Translations under genes and position numbers: made by a program
Part shown: piece after piece, positions 17,868 to 27,773 of the stretch
Layout: every line of letters begins with the position of its first letter
Position numbering within the stretch: the first letter of the stretch is position 1
NCBI GenBank assembly: GCA_902561465.1
Contig: CACEPH010000001.1
Location: 19,448 to 83,447 of the forward strand
Reading direction: 5' to 3'
Source of the DNA: an uncultured Pelagibacteraceae bacterium
GTDB taxonomy: Bacteria > Pseudomonadota > Alphaproteobacteria > Pelagibacterales > Pelagibacteraceae
DNA length: 64,000 bases
The notes under the pieces: generated by a model
Told to the model about the DNA's origin: nothing
Databases searched by the model: none
What the model saw: only the letters and a program-made list of their open reading frames with translations

Positions 17868-17943
17868 TGGTGAGCCGTATTGGATTCGAACCAATGACAC
17901 CTTCCTTAAAAGGGAAGTGCTCTACCAGCTGAGCTAACGGCCC
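17868..17943 (-). tRNA. tRNA-Lys (anticodon UUU), CCA encoded
   Basis: The reverse complement reads GGGCCGTTAGCTCAGCTGGTAGAGCACTTCCCTTTTAAGGAAGGTGTCATTGGTTCGAATCCAATACGGCTCACCA. The anticodon loop is CTTTTAA. Confidence 0.9.
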
Positions 17944-18002
17944 CAAGAAGTGTATTACTATATTTTTTTAAATTTATTTCAAGTATATACGGATATCTAT
18001 TA

Positions 18003-19115
18003 TTAAATTACATCTATATATTTGTTATAAAAAGTATCAAAAGTATTAGTTTTAATTGAGTTACGTATTTTTTCCATCAATTCCTGATAAAAAACAATGT
18101 TATTCATTGTTAATATCATTGATGCTAAAATCTCATTAGAATTGATTAAATGATTTATGTAACTTTTTGAATAAACGTTAAGATTCCTTATTTTCATATT
18201 TTCGTTGATTGGTGAATAATCTTTTTTATACTTTGAATTTTTTAAATTTAACTTTCCTTCCCAACTAAATGCTAAGCCAGTTCTTCCTGATCTAGTTGGA
18301 AGCACGCAGTCAAACATATCTACACCATTTTTTACTGCAGACAGAATATCTGAAGGTGTTCCAACACCCATTAAATAACGTGGCTTATTTTTGGGCATGG
18401 AAGGAGTGATATTTTCTAATACTTTAATCATTTGTTTTTGCGACTCTCCTACAGCTAAACCTCCTAAAGCATATCCATCAAAGCCTATCTTTTTTAGACC
18501 TTCTAAACTTTTTAATCTTAAATCCTTGTAGATTCCACCTTGTATAATTCCAAATAATGCTTTTTTTGGATTGTCACCAAATTCATTTTTTGATCTTTCG
18601 GCCCAATTAAGGGATAAATTTAAAGATTTATTAATTTTATTTTTATCATTACTTAGTTTAGGACATTCATCAAGAACCATTACAATATCAGAATTTAAAT
18701 CTTTCTGAATTTTAATACTTTCTTCAGGACTTAAAATAAATTTTTTTCCATCTATATGAGAATTAAAAGTTGCTCCATCTTTAATATCAATTTTTACTAG
18801 TTTAGATAGAGACATTATTTGAAAGCCACCAGAATCAGTTAATATAGGTAAACTACAATTCATAAATTGATGTAGGCCACCAGCTTTTTTAATTCTTAGG
18901 ACACCAGGTCTGATCATTAAATGATATGTATTTGATAAAATAATCTGCGCACCAGTAGATTTAACATCTTCCATAAAAACAGATTTAACAGTACCCTGAG
19001 TACCGACAGGCATAAATGCCGGGGTATCAATTTGACCTCTTTCAGTATTTATTTTTCCTAAACGTGCATATCCATCTTCTTTCAATAATTTGAAAGAAAA
19101 CTTTTCATTGGACAT
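18003..19115 (-). CDS. tgt: tRNA-guanine transglycosylase (queuine tRNA-ribosyltransferase)
   Basis: 370 aa with IDTPAFMPVGTQGTVK, LTDSGGFQ and GGLAVGE. The zinc-site region is present. Confidence 0.92.
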   Translation of the reverse strand: MSNEKFSFKLLKEDGYARLGKINTERGQIDTPAFMPVGTQGTVKSVFMEDVKSTGAQIILSNTYHLMIRPGVLRIKKAGGLHQFMNCSLPILTDSGGFQIMSLSKLVKIDIKDGATFNSHIDGKKFILSPEESIKIQKDLNSDIVMVLDECPKLSNDKNKINKSLNLSLNWAERSKNEFGDNPKKALFGIIQGGIYKDLRLKSLEGLKKIGFDGYALGGLAVGESQKQMIKVLENITPSMPKNKPRYLMGVGTPSDILSAVKNGVDMFDCVLPTRSGRTGLAFSWEGKLNLKNSKYKKDYSPINENMKIRNLNVYSKSYINHLINSNEILASMILTMNNIVFYQELMEKIRNSIKTNTFDTFYNKYIDVI

Positions 19116-19126
19116 AATGAAATTAA

Positions 19127-19684
19127 TTATTTTTTTTCAGACAAACTGATAATTTTATCTGGAGATGATACTTGACCATTTGAGCCATCTCCCTTTTTAA
19201 TTAAATCTACGAACTCCATCCCATTTGTGACTTTACCAAAAACTGTATATTGTCGATCTAAATGAGATGCTGATTTAAAACAAATAAAAAATTGACTATT
19301 AGCACTATCAGGATTGCTTGAACGAGCCATAGATAAAGTTCCTCGTTCATGAGGTATGTCACTGAACTCAGCTTTTAAATCTGGATACTTTGATCCACCG
19401 GTTCCTGCTCTATCAATATCAAAACTATCTAAGTTTGAGTTTCCAAATTGCACATCTCCTGTTTGAGCCATAAACCCGTCGATAACTCTATGAAAAACCA
19501 CTCCATCATACATTTTTTCCGAGGAAAGTTTTTTAAATCTTTTTACATGATTTGGAGCTACATCTTCAAATAATTCAATTTCAACGTTTCCATCTTTAAG
19601 TTTTAAAATCATAATATTATTTTCTGCGTTTAATTCATTAGTAAATAAAAAAAAAATAAAAATAAAAAATATTTTTTTAATCAT
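19127..19684 (-). CDS. Peptidyl-prolyl cis-trans isomerase, cyclophilin type, with signal peptide
   Basis: FHRVIDGFMAQTGD, GTLSMAR and SQFFICF motifs, with a hydrophobic N-terminus. Confidence 0.9.
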   Translation of the reverse strand: MIKKIFFIFIFFLFTNELNAENNIMILKLKDGNVEIELFEDVAPNHVKRFKKLSSEKMYDGVVFHRVIDGFMAQTGDVQFGNSNLDSFDIDRAGTGGSKYPDLKAEFSDIPHERGTLSMARSSNPDSANSQFFICFKSASHLDRQYTVFGKVTNGMEFVDLIKKGDGSNGQVSSPDKIISLSEKK

Positions 19685-20171
19685 ATTTTTCTTTTATTGC
19701 TCTTTTAGTACTTTTTGTAACAAAATCATCTATTTTTCCTTTAAATTTGGCAATTTCTTTAACAAATTTAGATGAAATGACTTGTTTATCTGGATCTGAC
19801 ATTAAAAATACGGTTTCTATCTTATTATTTAATTGCCTATTCATTCCAGCTAATTGAAATTCATATTCAAAATCTGAAACCGCTCTCAATCCTCTGAATA
19901 TTATAGTAGCCTTATGTTTTAAACATAATGATGTCGTTAGAGTATTGAATGATAAAATTTCTACTCTTCTTGTATCAAATCTCAAGTCTTTAAAAAGAGA
20001 ATTTTTAATAATAGATACCCTTTCATCAGATGAAAATAAATAATCTTTTGAATAATCGTTTGATACAGCAACTATTAATTTGTTAACGATTTTGAGTGAT
20101 CTTTTAATCAAATCAATATGTCCATTTGTTATTGGATCGAAAGTTCCAGGATAAATACCAATCTTGCTCAT
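19677..20171 (-). CDS. coaD: Phosphopantetheine adenylyltransferase
   Basis: IGIYPGTFDPITNGHIDLIKRS plus ISSKFVKEI. The stop is 8 nt inside the downstream PPIase gene. Confidence 0.92.
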   Translation of the reverse strand: MSKIGIYPGTFDPITNGHIDLIKRSLKIVNKLIVAVSNDYSKDYLFSSDERVSIIKNSLFKDLRFDTRRVEILSFNTLTTSLCLKHKATIIFRGLRAVSDFEYEFQLAGMNRQLNNKIETVFLMSDPDKQVISSKFVKEIAKFKGKIDDFVTKSTKRAIKEKYD

Positions 20172-20180
20172 AGCTAATAA

Positions 20181-22787
20181 CTAAACAAAATTATCATCTA
20201 TTTTTATTGAAGAAACAACTTTTTCTTCTCCTGATAATTTAATAATTCTCACTCCTTGTGTATTTCTGCCAGCAACTCTAATTTCTCTAACGGCACACCT
20301 TATAACTTTACCTTTATCAGTTGATAAAATAACCTCATCACCTTCGTTAACTGGAAATGATGAAGCAACATCACCATTTCTAGAAGAAGCTATAATTCCA
20401 ATAATACCCTTACCTCCTCTATTGGTAACTCTGTAATCAAAAATTGAAGTTCTCTTACCAAAACCATTTTTTGTTATCGAAAGAATATATTTTTGTTTTG
20501 CAACAATTTCCGCTTTTTTATCTTTATCACTAGAGCCATTATTTTGAATTTTTTTAATAGTTTTAGAATTTATATTAACATCATCTAAAACTGACAAAGA
20601 AATAATTTTATCATTTTCGGCTAATTGCATTCCTTTTATTCCCTTTGAAGATCTGCCCTTAAATATCCTTAATTTTTTTGACATAAATCTAATACATTTA
20701 CCAAGTTGAGTGCTAAGGATAATATCTTGGTCCTCTCTACATATCTTAACACCAATAATTTTGTCATCATGATCTAGTTTCATAGCTATTTTTCCAGTAG
20801 ATTGAATATTAATAAAATCTTCTAAGCTATTTTTTCTTATTTTTCCTTTTTGAGTAGCAAAAACCACATAAAGTTTCTTCCATTCGTTTTCATTTTCTGG
20901 CAGTGGCATTATTGAGCTTATTGATTGATGACTTTTTAATGGTAGAAGATTAAATAAAGTTTTACCTTTTGATGTAGCGGTACCCTGTGGAATTTTCCAA
21001 GCTTTAAGTTTATAGACAAGACCTTGGGTAGAAAAAAACAATATTGGTGTATGTGAATTTGCAGTAAAAATTTGTACTACATAATCCTCATCTCTTGTTT
21101 TTATGCCCGCTTTACCTTTTCCACCTCTCTTTTGAATTTTTACTGATGAAAGTGCGCCTCTCTTTATATATCCTTTATGGGTAATTGTAATAACGACGGC
21201 TTCTTTTTGTATAGTTTCTTCAATATTATAATTTAGTACAGCATCTATTATTTTAGTTCTTCGTTTAACTGAATACTTGTCCTTAATTTTATTTAATTCA
21301 TCAATTATAACTTTAAACAATTCTTTTTTAGATTTTAAAGTTTTTTCATATTGTTGAATCAGTTCAGCTAGTTTTTTAATTTCTGTTTCTATTTCATGAA
21401 TTCCAAAAGCCGTTAATTTTTGCAATCTTAATTCTAAAATTGATACAACTTGATCTTCAGATAGTTGATAGTTACTTCCTCCTTTTTCTGATTTTATAAG
21501 TTTAATTAATTTACTAGTTTTATTTATTTTCCATTTTTTTGCTAAAAGAGTCTTTTTTGCTAGATCAACTGTTTCTGAATTCTTTATAATTTTTATAACA
21601 GAATCTATATTCTCTACTGATACCGAAAGACCAATTAGTATATGGACTTTTTCTAATGCTTTGTCTAAATCAAATTTTATTTTTTTTGTTAATGTTTTTT
21701 CTCTAAAATTAACAAATTCCGAAATAAATTCCTTTAGATTTAATATCTTTGGTTTTCCTTCAACAATAGCTAAAGTATTAAAACCAAAAGAAGATTCTAC
21801 TGATGTTAACTTGTATAACTGTCTTTTAATGGTTTCTGGTTCCACATTTCTTCTTAAATCCAATACAACTCTAATTCCTTTATGATTTGATTCGTCTCTA
21901 ATATCACTTATTCCTTCTATTTTTTTTTCTCTTGCTAATTCAGCTATTCTTTCATTAAGAACTGATTTATTTATTTGATATGGTATAGATTTAATAACCA
22001 AACGCTCTCTTCCATTTTTCAAAGTTTCTTCTTCAATTTCACCTCTAATTTTTATAGAACCTCTACCTTTATTGTAACCTTGTTTTAAATTATCTTTCCC
22101 AATAATCATTCCTCCCGTAGGAAAATCTGGTCCAGGAATCTTTTTCATAAGTTGTGAGATTGTTATTTCTCTATTATTTATAAAAGCAATAGTTCCATCA
22201 ATAATTTCACCCAAGTTATGAGGAGGTATACTTGTTGCCATTCCTACTGCAATACCACCAGCTCCATTTACAAGTAAATTAGGAAATTGAGATGGTAAAA
22301 CAACTGGTTCTTTTTCTGTTTCATCATAATTGTTTCTAAATTGAATTACATTTTTTTCTATATCATCAACTAAATACTGTGAAACTTTTGACAGTTTAGT
22401 TTCTGTATATCTCATAGCAGCAGGAGGATCTCCATCTATAGAACCAAAATTACCTTGTCCGTCAATTAAAGGTAAACTCATTGAAAATTTTTGTGTCAGT
22501 CTAACTAGAGCATCATATACAGCTTGATCACCATGTGGATGATATTTACCTATTACATCACCAACTACTCTAGCAGATTTTCTAAACTGTTTACTCCAAT
22601 CAAACCCACCTTTGTACATAGCGTAAATTATTCTTCGATGAACTGGTTTTAATCCATCTCTTACATCAGGCAATGCTCTGCTTACAATAACACTCATTGC
22701 ATACGATAGATAAGACGAGCTCATCTCATCATAAACAAGAATTGGTTTATAATTATTTTTATTTAAATTGGGTTCTGATTTTTCCAT
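20181..22787 (-). CDS. gyrA: DNA gyrase subunit A
   Basis: 868 aa with [21 protein letters not shown], the catalytic AAMRYTE region and C-terminal beta-pinwheel repeats. Confidence 0.95.
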   Translation of the reverse strand: MEKSEPNLNKNNYKPILVYDEMSSSYLSYAMSVIVSRALPDVRDGLKPVHRRIIYAMYKGGFDWSKQFRKSARVVGDVIGKYHPHGDQAVYDALVRLTQKFSMSLPLIDGQGNFGSIDGDPPAAMRYTETKLSKVSQYLVDDIEKNVIQFRNNYDETEKEPVVLPSQFPNLLVNGAGGIAVGMATSIPPHNLGEIIDGTIAFINNREITISQLMKKIPGPDFPTGGMIIGKDNLKQGYNKGRGSIKIRGEIEEETLKNGRERLVIKSIPYQINKSVLNERIAELAREKKIEGISDIRDESNHKGIRVVLDLRRNVEPETIKRQLYKLTSVESSFGFNTLAIVEGKPKILNLKEFISEFVNFREKTLTKKIKFDLDKALEKVHILIGLSVSVENIDSVIKIIKNSETVDLAKKTLLAKKWKINKTSKLIKLIKSEKGGSNYQLSEDQVVSILELRLQKLTAFGIHEIETEIKKLAELIQQYEKTLKSKKELFKVIIDELNKIKDKYSVKRRTKIIDAVLNYNIEETIQKEAVVITITHKGYIKRGALSSVKIQKRGGKGKAGIKTRDEDYVVQIFTANSHTPILFFSTQGLVYKLKAWKIPQGTATSKGKTLFNLLPLKSHQSISSIMPLPENENEWKKLYVVFATQKGKIRKNSLEDFINIQSTGKIAMKLDHDDKIIGVKICREDQDIILSTQLGKCIRFMSKKLRIFKGRSSKGIKGMQLAENDKIISLSVLDDVNINSKTIKKIQNNGSSDKDKKAEIVAKQKYILSITKNGFGKRTSIFDYRVTNRGGKGIIGIIASSRNGDVASSFPVNEGDEVILSTDKGKVIRCAVREIRVAGRNTQGVRIIKLSGEEKVVSSIKIDDNFV

Positions 22788-22792
22788 TTAAT

Positions 22793-23251
22793 TTAAAAAG
22801 GAATTTCATCATCTAGATCTCCTGATGATACATTTTCTTCATTTGGAAGTGAGCTTTTTTCAGCATTTGAATCTTGTATATTTTCTATTTGGTTACTTTT
22901 GCTACTTAATATTTTGAATGTTGAATTAAATCCTTGCAATACAACTTCTGTAGAATATCTATCTAATCCTGATTTCTCATCTTTCCACTTTCGTGTTGTT
23001 AGTTGACCTTCGATATAAACCTGAGAACCTTTTTTAACATATTGCTGAACAACATTAACTAAGCCCTCGTTAAAAATAACAATTCTATGCCATTCAGTTT
23101 TTTCCTTTTTTTCTCCTGTATTTTTATCTTTCCACGTATTGCTGGTTGCAAGACTTAATCTTGCAACATTTTTACCATTAACCATTTGTTTTATTTCTGG
23201 GTCAGCACCCAAACGACCGATTAAAAGAACTTTATTTAGACTTCCTGCCAT
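22793..23251 (-). CDS. ssb: Single-stranded DNA-binding protein
   Basis: OB fold [15 protein letters not shown]...TEWHRIV and the acidic C-terminal tip DLDDEIPF. Confidence 0.93.
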   Translation of the reverse strand: MAGSLNKVLLIGRLGADPEIKQMVNGKNVARLSLATSNTWKDKNTGEKKEKTEWHRIVIFNEGLVNVVQQYVKKGSQVYIEGQLTTRKWKDEKSGLDRYSTEVVLQGFNSTFKILSSKSNQIENIQDSNAEKSSLPNEENVSSGDLDDEIPF

Positions 23252-23349
23252 ATTATTTATAGATTTAGTTAAAGATTAATTGTTAATATAGACAAATATA
23301 ACATATTTCCATCTTTTTATTAATAGGTTAGATATATATCTAAAAAAAA

Positions 23350-26226
23350 ATGCTTAAAAAAATCGTTATAAAAGGGGCAAAAGAACACAACTTAAAAAAT
23401 ATTTCTCTAGAAATACCAAAGGACAAATTTGTAGTCATAACTGGTCTTTCTGGATCAGGAAAATCTTCTCTTGCTTTCGATACAATCTACGCTGAAGGTC
23501 AAAGAAGGTATGTTGAAAGCCTTTCTGCTTACGCAAGACAGTTTTTAGATAAAATGAAAAAGCCAAAAGTTGATCTAATAGAAGGTTTAAGTCCGGCAAT
23601 TTCAATAGAACAAAAAAATACATCTAAAAATCCAAGATCAACTGTAGCAACAGTAACAGAAATTTATGACTATATGAGAGTTCTTTATGCTAGAGCAGGT
23701 ACTCCTTTCTCTCCGTTCACAGGTAAACCAATTAAATCTCAAAGTGTTGCTGAAATTGTAGATAAAATTAAAAATCTTCCAAAAAAAAATACAATTTATT
23801 TATTAGCCCCTATAGTTAGAGGTAGAAAAGGTGAATATAAAAAAGAAATTGCTGGTTATAAAAAAAGAGGATTTAGAAAAATCAAAGTTGATGGGGAATA
23901 TTGTGATATAGATAAATTTCCTAATTTAAATAAAAAGATAAAACATGATATTTCAATTATTGTTGATAGAATAATAATAAATAATGATTTAGGTAACAGG
24001 CTTGCTGAGGGTGTTGAAACAGCTCTTAATTTAGCTGATGGTTTAGTATTTGTTGAATATGAAAATGAAATTCTGCCTAAAAAATACAGAAAAATAGAAA
24101 AAATTGTTTTTTCATCAAAATTTGCATGTCCTGAAAGTGGTTTCACAATTGAAGAAATTGAACCTAGACTTTTTTCTTTTAATAGCCCTTATGGAGCTTG
24201 TGAGCAATGCGAGGGCATTGGAGTAAATTTAAATGTTGATCCCAACTTAGTAGTTCCAAATTCAAAAAAAACAATTGCTGAAGGCGCTATTGAACCATGG
24301 TCTAAATCTTCAACTCTTTATTATGCGCAAACATTGGCAGCATTGGCAAAACACTATAAATTTTCTTTAGATATTCCGTGGAAAAAAATTTCAAAAGAAA
24401 TAAAAAATGTAATTTTATATGGGTCTGATGAAGAAGAAATTAAATTTTCTTATGATGATGGTTATGAAAAATATTCAACTAAAAAAACATTTGAAGGAGT
24501 TATTAATAATTTAGAAAGAAGATATCTTGAAACAGAAAGTGAATGGAAAAGAGAAGAAATTTCACAATATCAAAGCGAGACTGATTGTGAAAAATGCAAA
24601 GGGATGAGACTTAAAGATGAAGCTTTATGTGTAAAAATTGATAAATTGAATATAAGTGAAGTTAGCAAAAAATCTATATCTGAAGCAAAAAATTGGTTTT
24701 CTAGTTTAAATGAAAAATTAAATGAAAAAGAAAAAAAAATAGCTCAACATATATTAAAGGAAATTAATGAAAGGTTAGATTTTTTATTGAACGTTGGGTT
24801 GGACTACTTAACCTTGTCTAGAGAATCTGGAACTCTTTCAGGTGGTGAATCCCAAAGAATAAGACTAGCCTCACAAATAGGTTCTGGACTTACAGGAGTA
24901 ATATATGTTTTGGATGAACCTTCTATCGGACTACATCAAAAAGATAATATTAAATTGATCAATGCATTAAAAAAACTTAGAGATTTGGGCAACACAGTAA
25001 TAGTTGTAGAACATGATACTGAAACTATGGAAAACGCTGATCATATAATTGATTTAGGTCCTGAAGCAGGGGTAGATGGAGGTAAAATTGTAGCTCAAGG
25101 TGAAATAAAAACAATTAAAGAATGTAAGGTTAGTATTACTGGAAATTATTTATCAAATAAAAAAAGTATATCAATTCCTAATAAAAGAAAATCGGCAAAA
25201 AATGGTAGATTCTTGGAAGTTCTAGGAGCTACAGGTAATAACTTAAAGAATGTAAATCTTAAAGTACCGTTGGGAACTTTTACTTGTGTAACAGGTGTTT
25301 CTGGTAGTGGTAAATCTACTCTAGTAGTTAATACTTTGTACAATGCATTAAATTTAATGCTTAATAATAATAAGTCTAGAAAAATACCTATGCCATTTAA
25401 AAATTACAAAGGCGTTGAACAAGTAGATAAAATTATTGATATAGATCAATCCCCAATTGGAAGAACACCAAGATCAAACCCAGCTACATATACTGGTGCT
25501 TTTGGACCAATAAGAGATTGGTTCACTAACTTACCTGAATCTAAAGCTCGTGGCTATAAGGTTGGGAGATTTTCATTTAATGTAAAAGGTGGAAGATGTG
25601 AATCATGTGAAGGTGATGGAGTTATTACTTATGAAATGCATTTTTTACCGGATGTTTATATAGCTTGTGATGTTTGTAAAGGTAGCAGATATAATCGTGA
25701 AACTTTAGAAATTAAATTTAAAGAAAAAAATATTGCTGACATTTTAAATATGACCGTAGATGAAGGATGTAATTTTTTTGAAAATATACCAGCTGTAAGA
25801 TCTAAATTACTCACGTTAAAAAAAGTTGGACTTGGTTATATAAAAATAGGACAACAAGCAACAACATTATCTGGTGGTGAAGCACAAAGAATTAAATTAG
25901 CAAAAGAATTATCTAAAAGATCTACTGGTAGAACTATGTACATTTTAGATGAACCAACAACAGGATTGCATGCACATGATATTAAAAAGCTACTAGAAAT
26001 ACTTCAAACTTTTGTTAGCGCTGGTAATACAGTAGTTGTTATTGAACACAATTTAGATGTAATAAAAACTGCTGATTGGATAATTGATATGGGCCCAGAT
26101 GGCGGTGTAAATGGTGGAAAAATTATAGCTGAGGGTCATCCAGAGCAAATTACGGAAATAAGTGAGAGTTATACTGGCAATTTCTTAAAAAATATTATTA
26201 ACAATAAGCTTAAAAAAACAGCTTAG
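23350..26226 (+). CDS. uvrA: Excinuclease ABC subunit A
   Basis: 958 aa with two ABC ATPase modules ([22 protein letters not shown]), zinc-finger Cys clusters and [16 protein letters not shown] signatures. Confidence 0.97.
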   Translation: MLKKIVIKGAKEHNLKNISLEIPKDKFVVITGLSGSGKSSLAFDTIYAEGQRRYVESLSAYARQFLDKMKKPKVDLIEGLSPAISIEQKNTSKNPRSTVATVTEIYDYMRVLYARAGTPFSPFTGKPIKSQSVAEIVDKIKNLPKKNTIYLLAPIVRGRKGEYKKEIAGYKKRGFRKIKVDGEYCDIDKFPNLNKKIKHDISIIVDRIIINNDLGNRLAEGVETALNLADGLVFVEYENEILPKKYRKIEKIVFSSKFACPESGFTIEEIEPRLFSFNSPYGACEQCEGIGVNLNVDPNLVVPNSKKTIAEGAIEPWSKSSTLYYAQTLAALAKHYKFSLDIPWKKISKEIKNVILYGSDEEEIKFSYDDGYEKYSTKKTFEGVINNLERRYLETESEWKREEISQYQSETDCEKCKGMRLKDEALCVKIDKLNISEVSKKSISEAKNWFSSLNEKLNEKEKKIAQHILKEINERLDFLLNVGLDYLTLSRESGTLSGGESQRIRLASQIGSGLTGVIYVLDEPSIGLHQKDNIKLINALKKLRDLGNTVIVVEHDTETMENADHIIDLGPEAGVDGGKIVAQGEIKTIKECKVSITGNYLSNKKSISIPNKRKSAKNGRFLEVLGATGNNLKNVNLKVPLGTFTCVTGVSGSGKSTLVVNTLYNALNLMLNNNKSRKIPMPFKNYKGVEQVDKIIDIDQSPIGRTPRSNPATYTGAFGPIRDWFTNLPESKARGYKVGRFSFNVKGGRCESCEGDGVITYEMHFLPDVYIACDVCKGSRYNRETLEIKFKEKNIADILNMTVDEGCNFFENIPAVRSKLLTLKKVGLGYIKIGQQATTLSGGEAQRIKLAKELSKRSTGRTMYILDEPTTGLHAHDIKKLLEILQTFVSAGNTVVVIEHNLDVIKTADWIIDMGPDGGVNGGKIIAEGHPEQITEISESYTGNFLKNIINNKLKKTA

Positions 26227-26241
26227 TTTTGTCGAAAAAAA

Positions 26242-26250
26242 TGATATAAT
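26242..26250 (+). promoter_or_regulatory. Candidate extended -10 promoter element (TGATATAAT) giving a leaderless transcript
   Basis: Exact TG-N-TATAAT. The last T (26250) lies 7 nt before the A of the ATG at 26257, and the intervening ttatat has no Shine-Dalgarno. Confidence 0.4.
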
Positions 26251-26256
26251 TTATAT

Positions 26257-26859
26257 ATGGTTTCAATATTACAATCATTATCTAAAACTATTCATCTATC
26301 CATAGTGCTAGCTGTTTTATTATTCCTGGGACTGTTTTTTGGTGGTGGTGATTGGGCTTTTGATAGATACTTTTGGAGTTGGTTATTTAGATATTTACAT
26401 GTTCTTGCTGGAGTAATGTGGATAGGACTACTTTGGTACCTAAATTTTGTTCAAATACCAAGTATGCCAAAAATTCCTGATGATCAAAAACCGGCTATTG
26501 GTAAAGTAATAGCACCAGCTGTTCTTTTTTGGTTTAGATGGGCAGCTTTAGCGACAATAGTTACTGGTTTAATTGTTGCTACTTTAAATGGTTATGTTCA
26601 CCAAGCTATGGTCTTAGGTATTGGTACAGGTGGGGGTCAGCATACAGCTATTGGTATTGGAATGTGGCTGGGCTTAATTATGGCTTATAATGTTTGGTTT
26701 ATTATTTGGCCAAACCAAAAAAAAGCTCTTGGAATCGTAGAATGTTCTCCAGAAGAAAAACCCAAAGCAGCAAAAACTGCTATGTTAACTTCTAGAATAA
26801 ATACATTATTGTCATTACCAATGTTATTATCAATGGTAATGGCTCAAAATCTTTATTAA
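26257..26859 (+). CDS. Five-TM integral membrane protein, PuuD N-terminal / HemJ / CopD-like (function unknown)
   Basis: 200 aa with five hydrophobic segments. TM2 carries YLHVLAGVMWIGLLWYLNFVQ, which I recognise from memory as resembling the membrane domain of urate hydroxylase PuuD and the HemJ family. There is no cytochrome c domain. Confidence 0.5.
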   Translation: MVSILQSLSKTIHLSIVLAVLLFLGLFFGGGDWAFDRYFWSWLFRYLHVLAGVMWIGLLWYLNFVQIPSMPKIPDDQKPAIGKVIAPAVLFWFRWAALATIVTGLIVATLNGYVHQAMVLGIGTGGGQHTAIGIGMWLGLIMAYNVWFIIWPNQKKALGIVECSPEEKPKAAKTAMLTSRINTLLSLPMLLSMVMAQNLY

Positions 26860-26864
26860 TAAAT

Positions 26865-27773
26865 TTAATTATCTTCTTTTAAAACTGTTTTTTGACTGAC
26901 ATTCGTATAGTTTAATATGGGAGTAGCTACGAATATGGATGAGTATGTACCAACAATTACGCCAATTATCATTGCAAAAGAAAAACCTTTAAGAATTGCT
27001 CCGCCAAAAATATAAATAGAAAATAGTGCTAATAATGTTGTTAGTGATGTAATTATAGTTCTTGATAAAGTTTCATTGGTAGATACGTTAGAAATATCAG
27101 ATATTGAAATTTTAGCATATTTTTTTAAATTTTCTCTTATTCGGTCGAAGATAACAACGGTATCATTCATAGAATAACCTACAATTGTCAGAACGGCAGC
27201 AACAATTGATAAGTTTACCTCGTATGATAATAATGAGAAAAAACCTAGTGTAATTAATACATCGTGTATTAGAGCAGCTATTGCACCAACACTAAATTGC
27301 CATTCAAAACGTATCCAAATATATATTAACATTGCTGCTAAAGATAAAGTGATTGCTAATAAACCAGCTTTTAATAATTCAGCACTTACTTTTGGACCTA
27401 CATTTTCAACTCTTCTAAAATTTACAACTGAACCTAGATCTGAAGTTAATTTATTTTTAATTGATTCTATGAAACTTGGATCATTAGATTTATTAACTTC
27501 TATTTTTACCAAATAATCATTTTCTTTACCAAAATTTTTGACTGTAACATCACCTAAATTCATTTTTAATAAAGACTGTCTTATTTCTGAAATATGAATT
27601 TCTTTATTTTCACTTCTTATCTCAATTAAAGTTCCACCTTTAAAATCAACACCTAGATTTAAACCCTTGATAATTAAAACAGTTATGGATAATAAAATTA
27701 ATATAAATGAAATTATATTCATTTTTTTGTAAAATTTAGAAAATTTTATATCTCTATTTATTTTAAAAATCAT
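26865..27773 (-). CDS. secF: Protein translocase subunit SecF
   Basis: 302 aa with LGVDFKGGT and SMNDTVVIFDRIRE, plus the six-TM SecD/F topology. ATGA-type 4-nt overlap with secD. Confidence 0.92.
   Translation of the reverse strand: MIFKINRDIKFSKFYKKMNIISFILILLSITVLIIKGLNLGVDFKGGTLIEIRSENKEIHISEIRQSLLKMNLGDVTVKNFGKENDYLVKIEVNKSNDPSFIESIKNKLTSDLGSVVNFRRVENVGPKVSAELLKAGLLAITLSLAAMLIYIWIRFEWQFSVGAIAALIHDVLITLGFFSLLSYEVNLSIVAAVLTIVGYSMNDTVVIFDRIRENLKKYAKISISDISNVSTNETLSRTIITSLTTLLALFSIYIFGGAILKGFSFAMIIGVIVGTYSSIFVATPILNYTNVSQKTVLKEDN

Noticed and set aside
17868-17943. tRNA-Lys as the attachment site of an integrated island covering 14821-17854
   Set aside because: There is no integrase, and no direct repeat of the tRNA 3' end is visible to the left. 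The AT-richness and accessory-type functions are suggestive only, so this is kept as a finding with that caveat.
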